From Macrostomum lignano (taxonomy: Eukaryota): 64,000 nucleotides of DNA. Below, piece by piece: positions 35,819 through 48,900 of this stretch; the stretch's first letter is position 1; each line of letters starts with the position of its first letter. The stretch spans positions 1-64,000 of the forward strand of contig NIVC01002971.1 of NCBI GenBank assembly GCA_002269645.1. Direction: 5' to 3'. The notes below the pieces were generated by a model. That model had not been told where the DNA came from. It made no database searches and saw only the letters and a list, made by a program, of their open reading frames with translations. The position numbers and the translations under genes are program-made.

Positions 35819-36661
35819 ATGCCTGTAGCCGCCACTAAGGCCAAGAAGCGAGTGCCGGCGGTGCCCGAGACCGCACTGAAGGGTAAGAAGGCCGCGATCG
35901 AGGCCCGGGCCAAGCGGCTCAGACTGAGCGTCCTGCGCCGTCGTAAGGAGCGCCAGAAGCGCATGGCGGTGTTTAAGAAGGCCGAGAAATACCAGCTGCA
36001 GTACGAGAGCATGGCCAAGTCCGAGCTGCAGAAGGCCAGACAGGCCAAGAAGCACGGCAATTTCTATGTGCCCGCCGAGGCCAAGGTGGCCTTCGTTGTT
36101 CGCATCCGCGGCATCAACGGTCTGCACCCGAAGCCGCGAAAGATTCTGCAGTTATTCCGGATGCGCCAGATCAACAACGGCGTGTTTGTGAAGCTCAACA
36201 AAGCCACCGTAAGTTATCGTTTAGATTCTTAAAGTGCAGTCTGTCCTACTGTAAGTAGCTGTGTAAGTATTATCGAAGAAAAATTCAATTTGCCATGCCA
36301 GATCAACATGCTGCGCATCATCGAGCCCTACATCATGTGGGGCTACCCGGACCTCAAGTCCGTCCGCTCGCTGCTGTACAAGCGCGGCTTCGGTCGGGTT
36401 AACGGCCAGCGAGTTCCCCTGACTGACAACAAGATCGTCGAGAAGGCGCTCGGCCGCAAGGGTGTGACGTGTATCGAAGACATGATCCACCAGATTTACA
36501 CCTGCGGCCCCCGATTCAAGGCCGTCACCAACTTCCTGTGGGCCTTCAAGCTCAAGACGCCGCGCGGCGGTTTCCGCAAGAAGGCGAACCACTTTGTCGA
36601 GGGTGGCGACTTCGGCAACCGGGAGTTCTACATCAACCGCATGCTGCGGCGCATGGTCTGA
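35819..36661 (+). CDS. RPL7: 60S ribosomal protein L7 (uL30), 249 aa, 2 coding exons
   Basis: Exons 35819-36208 and 36302-36661 (phase-0 GT-AG intron). Motifs [51 protein letters not shown] and [12 protein letters not shown]. Confidence 0.93.
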
Positions 36662-37409
36662 TTTGTTTCAACTTAGATGGGACACTTGGTTGATTGGTTG
36701 TGGGCTGTTACAAAGTCCACAGATAACAAACCGTATGTGGCGAGCGCTCTGTTGGCCTAGTGGAATTAGCTCTGAAATACAACTGGTTCCGCCGAGATGA
36801 TTAGTGCTGTGCTATTTGTTGGATGAAAAAATATCTATGTTACAAATGCGTATAATATTATTTCTTTGCAATGGTAGATATTCTTAAGCTGCTTTTCGTG
36901 CGAGATCATTTATGCCGACTTTCGTGCTGTTCAGCAGGTTCTTATTAGATATCATACATAGAAGCATAGGCATTAGTAAGCTGATTTTACCACAGAGACC
37001 GTTGAAAGCTTATCAAAGAGGGGATCATATTCGGATATTTAGGGGTTGTCTTTATCATTGAGCCAAGGCCTACCGGACTAATCGTTGTCAATCTGCTTGA
37101 GAGACTGGTGCTGTGACGCATACTCTTCTGTGGAACTAAAGAAACAATCCACTTTGTGACAATCAGCACGCTTTGTGGCAGCTTTTAAAATGTGTCAATA
37201 ACAATGACATTTTGACAGTAGCATTTCACCAGGTGGATCATGCACAGGGTCAGTGTCATCCTACTGTCACAGAGCACCTTGTACAAATTGTATGTAGGCC
37301 ACAAACACTTGGTGTTATTTCCGAGTACCTATAGATATCCAAGAGGTGTCCGGAAAGTTCTGAAACTTTTGATCCCAGAGCAAAAAAAGTAGCAGCTGCA
37401 AGGGGGGCA

Positions 37410-38358
37410 TCACAAGCTTGAAAAATCACATCGTCGAAAAGCATCCACCGTCACAAGCTCGAAAAGTCAAGCTCGAAAAATCACGTCGTCGAAAACTTTA
37501 GCAACCACCATCACAAGCTCGAAAAATCACATCGTCGAAAAATGATTTAGCAACCACCATCACAAGCTCGAAAAATCACATCGTCGAAAAATGATTTAGC
37601 AACCACCATCACAAGCTCGAAAAGTCACATCGTCGAAAAATGATTTAGCAACCACCATCACAAGCTCGAAAAATTACATCGTCGAAAAATGATTTAGCAA
37701 CCACCATCACAAGCTCGAAAAATCACATCGTCGAAAAATGATTTAGCAACCACCATCACAAGCTCGAAAAATCACATCGTCGAAAAATGATTTAGCAACC
37801 ACCATCACAAGCTCGAAAAATCACATCGTCGAAAAATGATTTAGCAACCACCATCACAAGCTCGAAAAATCACATCGTCGAAAAATGATTTAGCAACCAC
37901 CATCACAAGCTCGAAAAATCACATCGTCGAAAAATGATTTAGCAACCACCATCACAAGCTCGAAAAATCACATCGTCGAAAAATGATTTAGCAACCACCA
38001 TCACAAGCTCGAAAAGTCACATCGTCGAAAAATGATTTAGCAACCACCATCACAAGCTCGAAAAATCACATCGTCGAAAAATGATTTAGCAACCACCATC
38101 ACAAGCTCGAAAAGTCACATCGTCGAAAAATGATTTAGCAACCACCATCACAAGCTCGAAAAGTCACATCGTCGAAAAATGATTTAGCAACCACCATCAC
38201 AAGCTCGAAAAGTCACATCGTCGAAAAATGATTTAGCAACCACCATCACAAGCTCGAAAAGTCACATCGTCGAAAAATGATTTAGCAACCACCATCACAA
38301 GCTCGAAAAGTCACATCGTCGAAAAATGATTTAGCAACCATCATCACATGCTCGAAAA
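37410..38358. repeat. 49-bp satellite (~18 copies)
   Basis: Unit GCAACCACCATCACAAGCTCGAAAAATCACATCGTCGAAAAATGATTTA. Confidence 0.95.
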
Positions 38359-38635
38359 GGGTTAGGGTTAGTGCTTGTGCCTTAGGGTTTAGGGTTAGGT
38401 TAGGGTTTGTGCTTTAGGGTTAGGGTTCAGGGTTAGGTTAGGGTTAGGGTTTAGGGTTAGGTTAGGGTAATGGTGCCTTAGGGTTAGGGTTAGTGCTTGT
38501 GCCTTAGGGTTTAGGGTTAGGTTAGGGTTTGTGCTTTAGGGTTAGGGTTTAGGGTTAGGTTAGGGTAATGGTGCCTTGGGGTTAGGGTTAGGGTTAGGGT
38601 TAGGGTTAGGGTTAGTGCCTTGGGGTTAGGGTTAG
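38359..38635 (+). repeat. Degenerate interstitial telomere-like (TTAGGG)n block
   Basis: TTAGGG/TTAGG/TTTAGGG units interspersed with GTGCTT/GTGCC, all in one orientation. Confidence 0.88.
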
Positions 38636-40360
38636 AGCTTGCGCCTTTTATGGTCATTTCATTGAAAAGTTGTGTGAAAAAGCATCGCAATACCACTGAT
38701 ATTCTTCTTTTACTGTAACACTATAAGTAGCATTGAAATGGGTTTTCACACAAATTTTGAATGAAATGACCAAAATACACGCCACTGAATTCATAGGAAA
38801 GAAGAGATGTGCCGCTTTAAAATGACACCAAAGTTGTGCTTGCAGCTGCTACTGTTTGCTCTGGAATTCGGTGTCAGAACTTGCCGGACGTAGATATTTA
38901 TGCTTCTGGAATGCGCACTTGCGCAAATCGGTGTCCGTTTATTATGCAGTCCATTCTAGCATCGCCGCTTGCTCCCAAAAGTCCCAAGTGTCTGCCGTCT
39001 CCATCTACACTGTCCATCGGTCCATCGCGAGCTCTTTTGCTCTACAAGGATTAGACAGTGGATTTAATAGCGATGGTGTTCTGAAAGATACAGTGAAACT
39101 AATGCTACAATGCATCCTGGGTTAGGATTAGGAATTAAATTATCTTTGTTCAAAGCAGCTCCTAGTCAGCTAATCCAGTAATTAAAGTTCTGACTGATTT
39201 AATCCCATGAAATTGATTAGGGTTGAGATTTTCCTTTAAATTAGTTTTTTTATCTCAAGGAGATTAAATCCTTCTAGCTCCATTGTGAAGAGTAAACCTC
39301 ACTAGGAATTAAGCCATTCTACGAGTATGAAAGTTGTCGCATCAATAGCATCTCTCTTAGCAAACTACGGCGCTGTTCAAAGCATATTCGTGCCTGTCTA
39401 CGGTTACCGATAGCAAATCTACGAGTAGGTATTGAAAAACCCGCATCATTCCGGCTGTAATTTATTCATTCTATGTCGGTTTTTTTACCTGAAGAACTTG
39501 GAACTGGCCAGGTCGACTGAACGCCCAATTCGAGGTTGCTTTTTCTCCAGTGGCGTGTCTTGCCCAGGCCAATCCCGAGGAACTTAAAGTCTAACTCCGT
39601 GCGCGAACGAATCATAGTTTTAGGGTCCGTCTCCATCTTATTTTCTATAGCTTGGACACTGCATATAATCCCAGCCCGAGAAAGTTGGTCATATCTGGAG
39701 CAGGTGTGGCCAAGTATACTCGTGCAGTGAATTTTTCATTAAAGTACTTTCAAACCGCCTTTCCAGGCGGCTAGCATCGTCTTCTGAATAGTAGAATTAT
39801 CCGTAAAATCAAGAACGTCGACCATATCTGTTTACGAGTGTGCTTACATTTTTTGAAATGATGACTCACTGTGGTTCCTAACTTATAAATACGCTCGTAG
39901 TATACTTTTCACTAATTATTCAAGATTCTTTGACTTGCTATAATAATAAAGTATTGAATGTTTGAAGGACTAAGTTTATTAATTAAGTTGCAACATGATT
40001 TACGACGTGCAAGGATCTAAAAGGAGTTGTGCTTGAAAAATAATTTCTATTATTCCAACCATTGGAACTCTTAAGAGTCTGTATACTACGAGTATTACAA
40101 AAAAATATTTTAAATTCAAAATCCACAAAGGATCTAAGTGGAGTAAGCTGCGAAACACGAAGCTAGGCAATCAATGATAACACGGTTGTTAAGCAATCGC
40201 AGCATGGGCGAGCTAACAACAGCAATAAAATTCGTTGCATTAAGTTGGACATTGGTCACTTAAAACTTCATACAGACCATCTGCAGTTTTTTATCCGCAA
40301 AAATGACATCTGATATCAATGCCGAAACGGTCCCAGGGAGAACTAAAGCAAATGACAACA

Positions 40361-40948
40361 TTAAATCGTTACGCAATTAGTCTTTTTGTCATCACTGACG
40401 GAGCTCAAGGCAAAGGAAGCCGCTACAGCGACGCCGCAAACTCGCCAGGCCGTGCGATGCGAGACCGTCTGGAAGCGGAACGGCATGGCCAGACACAGAG
40501 CTCGGTCCAGCACCATCGCCAGGAAGATGCACATCGACTGTAGGCCGAGCCACTTATCAGCGAATCGGTATACAGTGCACAGAGTGGGTGAGTAGTTAGT
40601 TACAATGAAGCCAAACCGACCGCCGCTGAGCCAAGGCAGGCCCCGGCCGAGAAACAGGTCCAGACAGCCAGATATCAGCAGGTAGGCGCTGTCGGCGATC
40701 GCCATGGCGCCCAGGTAGACGTTGAGTCGAGTGCGCTCGGCTCCGCGACCCAGCGTGATCCACACGGTGGCGCAGTTACCGAACAGACCGGACACCGTCA
40801 CCAGAGGCAGCAGGAGGCCCGTCACAACTCCGTAGGCTGTGCTGATCGGACAGAAGATGTGCCGGTTGGGCGCTTCGGGCAGGCAGTCGACGATGGCGCT
40901 GCGGAGACTGGCGTAGAAGCTCGTTTCTGGGGCGGTGGAGTTGGCCAT
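40361..40948 (-). pseudogene. GPCR copy 3: diverged paralog truncated after TM4
   Basis: N-terminal ~185 aa are closely similar to copy 1 (with changes such as ISGCLDLFLGR); homology ends abruptly at ...FALSSV (~40397). Confidence 0.85.
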
Positions 40949-42543
40949 GTCTTGCTGGCTTCCAGCTCCGATTGCAGACGCAATTTATGTCCGCAGTATT
41001 TTATACCTTTCTTTAATCGTCTTTTACAAGCGTAAGTCGATTGGTTTTTTTGTGAGTTTGTAAATCGCTTTGATGAAAGGATTAAATTAAATCCGAATTG
41101 CGAATATTGGGTTGTAATCACGTTTCATAGGGCTTGATGCAATTTTTTAATTCAAGCTTTTTAAAAAAGTTATTAATTTTTTTCATCTCCTGTTTGGTCT
41201 TCTGAGATTGGCCTAAAGCCAGTAACTGCTGCTAAAAATTCAATTGAACCTGTCCGGCAGAAAAATAATGAAAACGAGGGGACGGCTTTTAATTATCAAT
41301 TGTTAATTTCTTTTCCAAATTCACAAAGAACTTTATTTCAAGAGAATTAATATTTGAATCACTACAGAAGTCAGAGATTACGCTCCTGATTTAGTATGAG
41401 TTGATTTGAGTTGAGCTGAGCTGAGCTGAGTTGAGAGATGAGTTGACTAATCGATTTTATGTTCAAGTCTTAAAACAGTTGTATCTATATTAATACTGTA
41501 GGTTTTTATTAGTTATGGGTGGATGATTTTGGTGTTAAGAGTTAAGAGTTGGCGTTACGTCAGTACGTAATTAGCTGTCCCTACACTTTTCTACAAGTAT
41601 AACAGAACTTCTAGGAAAAGAGGACCATCATTTCTGTTCAATCTACGAGTGTCATGAGTTGCACCTTTCTTCAATTACCAGCAAGTAGTATATTTGATTA
41701 GTCGGATTTTCAAGCATTTTAGCAGGTGCCGTTGCTCTTTAAAGAAAGTTCAAGGCTTGTCAGTCGAAGCAAGTCTATCCGTTAAATTTAATTGCTGCTA
41801 TGGAAACCAACGATCGGGCAGGATTTAGGAAGCACGCAGTTTTCAACTATATAAAGAATCAAAAGAAAATATTTTCATCATTTCAATTAATTTTCTCTGA
41901 CTTGCATTGGCCATTGTTAAAATGACTTATCACAGAAATAGTCAATTTAATTCTGAATATTGACTGCTTTCTTTTGTGCCAGAACTGGACCATTGCGTAC
42001 TGGACTTTCAGCAGCTGCATTTGAATCAATTGAATACTATGCTTGACTACAAATTGTATCTACTGTTTTTGATAGTCTTTGTTTAGACGATAAAATTTAG
42101 AATTATTTGGGTTAGAAGTGACAACTTTTGTACTGCACTGGAGTATTATAACTCCAGTATTAATTGTATTCTACGCTCAAATCCCCACCCCTTCAGAAGT
42201 GGATCAGAGTGAATGGAGTGACAATCAGATTTCATTCAATAAAAAAAGTTCTTCAGCCATGACTCTCCGCATACGAAGAGGAGAAAGTCGCCTACTGCAG
42301 GGGCATCTGTCGCAGGCTGAGAGAGAGGGGGGTTGTGGTTCTTGATTGAGAGGATTGGGGGAGAATTGTGCAAATTTGTGCCCCGTCCGTAGTCATAAGC
42401 AACGACCTCGCCGTCTACTCAGCCCCAGCTGCATCCAACCCCCGTCTCCCGAATGCACCAACTCACTCCAGCTTCAGTCCTTTTGTGTGCTGCCAGCATT
42501 TCTAAACTCAACTCCCCACAGAGTTTCCTGAGCACCATCGGAT

Positions 42544-42546
<3 letters not shown>

Positions 42547-42626
<80 letters not shown>
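42547..42626. repeat. (CT)n microsatellite upstream of NOMPC
   Basis: Direct reading. Confidence 0.97.
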
Positions 42627-42629
<3 letters not shown>

Positions 42630-42914
42630 CCTTCCAGCCAGCTCCGCTCTCCCCTTTGTCGTCCTCCCTTTCTGACCGAGGCTTTATTGGCTGCTGCTCC
42701 AGGCCTGATTGGCAACGCAGGTGCGCACTACTCATAACTTATTGAGGCAGAGTTTCTAAAGCGACCGGCCGATCGGCATCAGGGTTGCACAATTTTCACG
42801 CAGCTTCTATTGCACTACTGCACCGCCTCTGCATAGTGAGCTCTGGACAAGTGAGCTGAGCAGCAACAGAAGTCTTCCCATCCTCGGGAAGCGAGCTCAT
42901 CGAATTCTTGCAGG

Positions 42915-45900
42915 ATGGAGCGGCAGGACTTCAAGTATCAGAAGCTTAAAGACAGTCGGGCGGCCAGTGCTTCTAAGAGACCGCCAGCGGCTGCTGAACC
43001 TGCGTCGACATCGGCGCCCGGTGCCTCCAAGACGGCGGACTCGGCCAGCAAACAGTCGGCCGCCTCCAGCGACACCGCCAGCTCGGGAAGTCAGACGAAC
43101 CTTCTGCAACAGCATCCAGCAGCAGCGAAGACGGAGCAGCCGACAGCTGCCATTGTTGTCGAGGAGCCACCACCCAAGGAGCCGCCGCCGCAGCCGCCAC
43201 CGCCGCCGCCGCCGCCGCCGATACCCGTAGTCCGCATCGAGGAGACGGGTTCCTTGAAGTCCACGACTGGCTCGTTGACCAGCCTGCGAAATCCGGCGGT
43301 CGCCGCCACGTCTTCAACTGCGGTGCCCGATGTCGAATCGACGCCGACGTTGGACCGGTCCGAGGCTGAAGTCGCCAAGCCCACTGCAGCAGCCGCCTCC
43401 GCAGCCACTGCCGAGGTGGTGTCGAAATCCGGTGGCAGCAGCTCGGGAGCCAGTCGAATCCTGCTCTTTGCCAAGCGAGGCGAATGGGCGAACGTAGAGA
43501 GCCTGCTGAGGAAGGGCGATTTCCAGCCTGGCGACGTGTCCGAGGCAGATGAGGTAATTTTCAAAATGGCTACTGATTGCACCTTCATTTTTTATGCTCA
43601 TCTGCGAAGATTGGCGCCCTCCAACCTCAGCTGGGCTCTGTTAATAGAAACTGAAATCTACATGGTGGTGGCTACTTGATACACCAGGCTCTTTTATTAC
43701 CAATTATGCAAATACGAGCATTAACTAATTGAATCGCCATAATTTTCCAACCCAGGTGTCAGGTGAGACGCCACTGATGATGGCCTGCAAGGACAATAAG
43801 CTGGTGATTGTCGATCGGCTGTTGGAGAACGGAGCCAGCGTCTCAGACAAGAGCTCTGTGAGTGAACCGTTGGAATATAAAATATTACTAATTGCTATTG
43901 CTTGAATATAGAAACTTAGCCAGGCCGCATCTTTGCGGCAGAGGAGGCCAAATGACCCGCGGCCCTCAATGAATGTCGCTGCCTGCTCAGATCTGCTGCT
44001 GATCGATGAGTTTCCTGAGTTTCCGCGCGTCATTCTTCTCATGGACCTCAGACTGGCGACATGCTTATCAGCTAGCCGGAGAATGAGATGAGGGAACACA
44101 ATCTCAGAGAGAAAGAGAGCAAAAAACCTTGATCGTAAGGCGCATAGCCAGGGGTGGGGGAATTTCGTGTAACTATGAGTCCTAGCAACTATTATTCACC
44201 TAGTTGCCCGTCCCGTGAGTAGACAGTCCCCGAGGCAGCGCTGCGGAATCACTTCCTGCTGTTGGCTCCGCAAAGAAGTGCCACAGCCAGTCCAGCTCCA
44301 TAAAGCACCCAGCAGTTTTCCATTTATTCTTCATCGTCTTCTGAGACTGGCAGTGGCAGTTGGGAATCTCCCATGGCAACCGGCCTTTCTCCCTCCGCCT
44401 CTTTTTTCTCTCTTCATGTTGCAGCTCTGCCAACGCGTTGTAATTCCTCCGCGTTTAATAGGGCACACTTTACGAGGCCAAGTACTATACAGGTAATCTC
44501 ATTATTCTGCATCTTAACAAAGCTGCATTTCAATGGGAAATTCTTATGTGCCTGGAGCCTTTTACACAATGACTGGACAGAAAAATGTTGTCTACGCATT
44601 TAATCCCCGCGGTCTCTGTTGACCCGTCCAGGACGGTCGGACTCCGCTGCACTTTGCCAGCCAGTTCGCCAAGGATGACGTCATCAAATTGCTGCTCAGC
44701 CGAAAGGCCGATCCGAGCCAGCCTGGCGGGGTGAGTCAGCGATGATTTATGAAATTAATTAGCTTACGCTCGTATCAACTGACTTTAGAGGCCAGGTCCT
44801 TTTTTAACATTTGTCCACTCAACAAACATTGAAGGTGAAGAATCAGACGCCGTTGCACTACGCCTGCCAGAGAACCCAGGCTGCACTGCCGGCCGTGCAG
44901 CTGCTGCTCAAGGCCACACGGAATGGCCGCCTGCTGCCCGACAAAGTAAATTTGCGGACAGGGGTGACGGGGAGTGACGGGGATGGAGTGACGGGGGTGG
45001 AGTGACGGGGGATGGAGTGACGGGGGGTGGAGTGACGGGGGATGGAGTGACGGGGGTGGAGTGACGGGGGATGGAGTGACGGGGGGTGGAGTGACGGGGG
45101 ATGGAGTGACGGGGGTGGAGTGACGGGGATGGAGTGACGGGGGTGGAGTGACGGGGATGGAGTGACGGGGGTGGAGTGACGGGGGATGGAGTGACGGGGG
45201 TGGAGTGACGGGGGATGGAGTGACGGGGGGTGGAGTGACGGGGGATGGAGTGACGGGGGTGGAGTGACGGGGGATGGAGTGACGGGGGTGGAGTGACGGA
45301 GGGATGGAGTGAGAAGGAGTGACACATGAGAATCAATTCTGCACCCCGGAACCAACTCCAGGTGGACAACATTCCGCTATTCTACGCAGTCGAACAGGGC
45401 AACGCCGTGGTGGTGAAGGAGCTTCTTGACAGGGACACGGAGGCGCAGGTGAAATGGAAGAAGAGCTTCAACGGTGAGACGGCGCTTCACATTGCCGCCT
45501 CCAGGAAAGATATGGAAGCCATCAAGATCTTGTGCGACGCCGGGGCGGAGGTCAACGTGCAAAATGTGAGTCCTGCTGTACCTTCACTCCCTTCACTCCC
45601 TTCACTCCCTTCACTCCCTTCAATCCCTTCACTCCCTTCACTCCCTTCACTCCCTTCACTCCCTTCACTCCCTTCACTCCCTTCACTCCCTTCACTCCCT
45701 TCAATCCCTTCACTCCCTTCACTCCCTTCACTCCCTTCACTCCCTTCACTCCCTTCACTCCCTTCACTCCCTTCACTCCCTTCAATCCCTTCACTCCCTT
45801 CACTCCCTTCACTCCCTTCACTCCCTTCAATCCCTTCACTCCCTTCACTCCCTTCACTCCCTTCACTCCCTTCACTCCCTTCAATCCCTTCACTCCCTTC

Positions 45901-48900
45901 ACTCCCTTCACTCCCTTCACTCCCTTCACTCCCTTCACTCCCTTCACTGCCTTCAATCCCTTCACTCCCTTCACTCCCTTCACTCCCTTCACTCCCTTCA
46001 CTCCCTTCAATCCCTTCACTCCCTTCACTCCCTTCACTCCCTTCACTCCCTTCACTCCCTTCACTCCCTTCACTCTCTTCACTCCCTTCACTCCCTTCAC
46101 TCCCTTCATTCCCTCATTCCCTGACTCCCTTAAATCAATATTCTTACTCGTTTCATACTTTATTTCTGTTTCTTCAGTCCATCAATTTTACTTTTTACAC
46201 ATTTTCTTAGAAAAATCCAGTCTTCAAAATCATATTGTGTTGTCAGGAGCTTGAGCCTGAGCTCAAGAAATCGATATTTCAACATGACAGTACTGGCAGA
46301 AATCTTTGTGCTTACTTTGACAACAAGCCACTCCAATCGTTAACCAGAGGTTTCCTCTTTCTTTCTCAAAACTTGTTTTCAGAACGACGGCCTCACGCCG
46401 CTGCACATCAGCGCTCACGAGGGCGACGAGACGGCCATCAAATTCTTCCACACCTGCAAAGCAGACGCCTCCCTTTTGGACAAGGTGACTCATTCACTGA
46501 TTAGTGTTCTGTTGCTATGACAACTATAAATAGTAGACATCAGGCCTCTTCAGCTGTAGTGGATAACAATGAATTGTGAAGTGCAGCCACTATAATTGTG
46601 ATGAGCTCTGGCCTCGTTTGAGATCGGGGGTTACTTTAATGTAGGTTTGTTAATCTATTAGTCATAAAGGTTTATAATAATTATAATGCTCTGGCTAATG
46701 AAATTAGGCATTTTGTTATATGTGAATGAAGCAGAAATTTTACCAGATGACACGCTAGGCAGATCTAAATGGCTCCGTCTGGTCTCTGAGCTAATTGGAT
46801 CACTACAGATATATCGCTTCGAATTGGGAGTTGCAGTGGAACAGCTCCTATAGCACTCTCTGATCTGGGAAACCGTATCGTTTTTATTAAGTTAATGACA
46901 ATTAAGGAGGCCACTGGAGGTCATCAGTAAACGTGTCTGGCTCTCACGCCACAAGCCCATATGTGCTTGGGAGTAATCGGAGTGGGCCGAATGGTCGCAG
47001 CAGTGTCAAAGGCGTTGCACCAAGGTGCCCAACAGCCCTATAACAAATATTATTTATTATGTAAGCCAGTCCTCGCACTACTTGCACCCTTTGTACTATT
47101 TGTTTACAGCAAGGTGCAGAATTGAAGCTTCGACACGAGTAGTTATTGCACAGCTGTGTAGGAAGTTTTCCTCTGATTGGTAGCTCACGAACCCATGGAA
47201 CCCTCGCAACTGTTGAACCTGATCTTGGCAGTTCGACCGCAGCCCGCTGCACATGGCTGCAGAGCGGGGCCAGACCAGAGTCGTCGAGCTGCTGATCGAC
47301 AAGTTCAAGTGCAACGTACTCGCCAGGACAAAGGACGGCAGCACTCTGATGCACGTGACCTCGCAGTTCGGCTACCCGGACACCACTCTGGCCTTCCTCC
47401 GCCGCGGCGTCCCGCTGCACATGCCGAACAAGGGCGGCGGCGTCTGCCTTCACGCCGCGGCCAAGAGCGGTCACGCCAGCGTGGTGCGAGGCCTGCTGGA
47501 CAAGGGCGCCAACGTGAATGCGCGCACCAAGGACAAACTCACTGCGCTGCACGCGGCCGTGGCCTGTGGACATCCGCACGTTGTCGAAACTCTTCTTGGC
47601 TTCGGCGCCAGCGTCGACTTCAAAGGCGGCGAAGACGAGGACACGCCGCTGCACCTTGCCGCCAGGACGCGCGGCGGCGAGCGGTGCGCAGAGATGCTGC
47701 TCAAGAGCGGGGCGGACGTGAACAGAACCAACCGGCTGGGTCAGACGCCGTTGCACACCGCGGCCAAGGGCGGCAACTTGAACATGCTGCGAGCCCTGCT
47801 GGACGAAGGCGGCGACCCGACTCGGGTGTGCCAGCAGGGCAACAGCCCGCTGCACATGGCGGCCAGGCACTGCCGCCAAGCTGTCGCCGCGGCCATCATC
47901 GAGCACGTGACTCAGACCAAGTCGCGCCACGACGCCGTCAATTTGGTCAACCTCGGCAACAAGGAGGGCGAGACGGCGTTGCACTACGCGGCCGAGCTCA
48001 CCAAGGAGAAGGCCAGGACCGACTTTGAGGACACGGATCTGGTCAAGCTGCTGCTGCGGTACGAGGGCGACGTCAGTGTGCAGACGAAATACGTGAGTGC
48101 CACTCCCGAATCGCTGCTTGGCAGGAAGTTCTCAGGTTATTTACAACTAAAATCACATACCTGCCGGCTGCCTATCACCTGATTAGTTACCTACCTACCT
48201 ACCTCTCTACCTGTCGACCTGTCTACCTGTCTACCTACCTACTTGTCTACCTACCCACCTGTTTACTTACCTGTCTACCTACCTACCTGTCTACCTACCT
48301 GCTTACCTATCTACCTAACTAACCTGTCTATCTACCTGTCTACCTACCTGTCTACCTACCTATCTACGTACCTATCTACCTTACCTTTTGTCCGAGGTTG
48401 ATTAACAAGCTTATCAAACAGTTTAGCTCTGCTTGCTATCTCCCTTATTAATGCTTTTTGTAACGAAAACACAGTCTCTTTAGTAAAATTGCAAAAGGAT
48501 TTGTGCTGAAACGCTCATTAAAAATCCAGACGAACGAGACCCCGCTGCACTACTGCGCCCGGTCTGGCAACGAGGACATCCTGCTGGAGATCGTTAAATT
48601 CCTCGATCACAAAATTCAACTGGTGGTCAACAAGCAGACAACGGTGAGTTTAAATGTTCTTGGAACAGCTGGAACAATGCGATTATTGGAGAAAAGTCTG
48701 GAAAATGACCTACTTGGCTTTTTCAGAACGGCTGGTCGCCACTTTTAATCGCAAGCGACTGCGGCCGAGACGGAATTGTCGACATCCTGCTGAGAAAGCA
48801 CGCCAGAGTTGACGTGTTTGACACGGTGAGTAAGCGATGAAGCTGTACACCCTGGGTGAGCGTGTGCATGATTGTGTGCCTGCTTACAGTTTTGGAGCTT

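Noticed and set aside
37410-38358. Possible CRISPR array (49-bp repeat)
   Set aside because: Head-to-tail satellite without spacers.
38359-38635. Definitive chromosome-fusion site
   Set aside because: No head-to-head CCCTAA array; the block is short and degenerate. Kept only as a hypothesis.
38830-39830. Exon-like - strand segments (e.g. YDQLSRAGIICSVQAIENKMETDPK...)
   Set aside because: Splice phases could not be joined without stops, and no recognisable homology.
45532-46254. Poly-PSL, poly-TPF and poly-KGV ORFs, and the similar 44858-45372 and 52564-53439 ORFs
   Set aside because: Intronic minisatellites of NOMPC; canonical splice sites exclude them.
46944-47984. 346-aa - strand ORF and other antisense ORFs over NOMPC, gag-pol and the GPCRs
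   Set aside because: Shadow ORFs caused by GC-rich codon bias on the coding strand.
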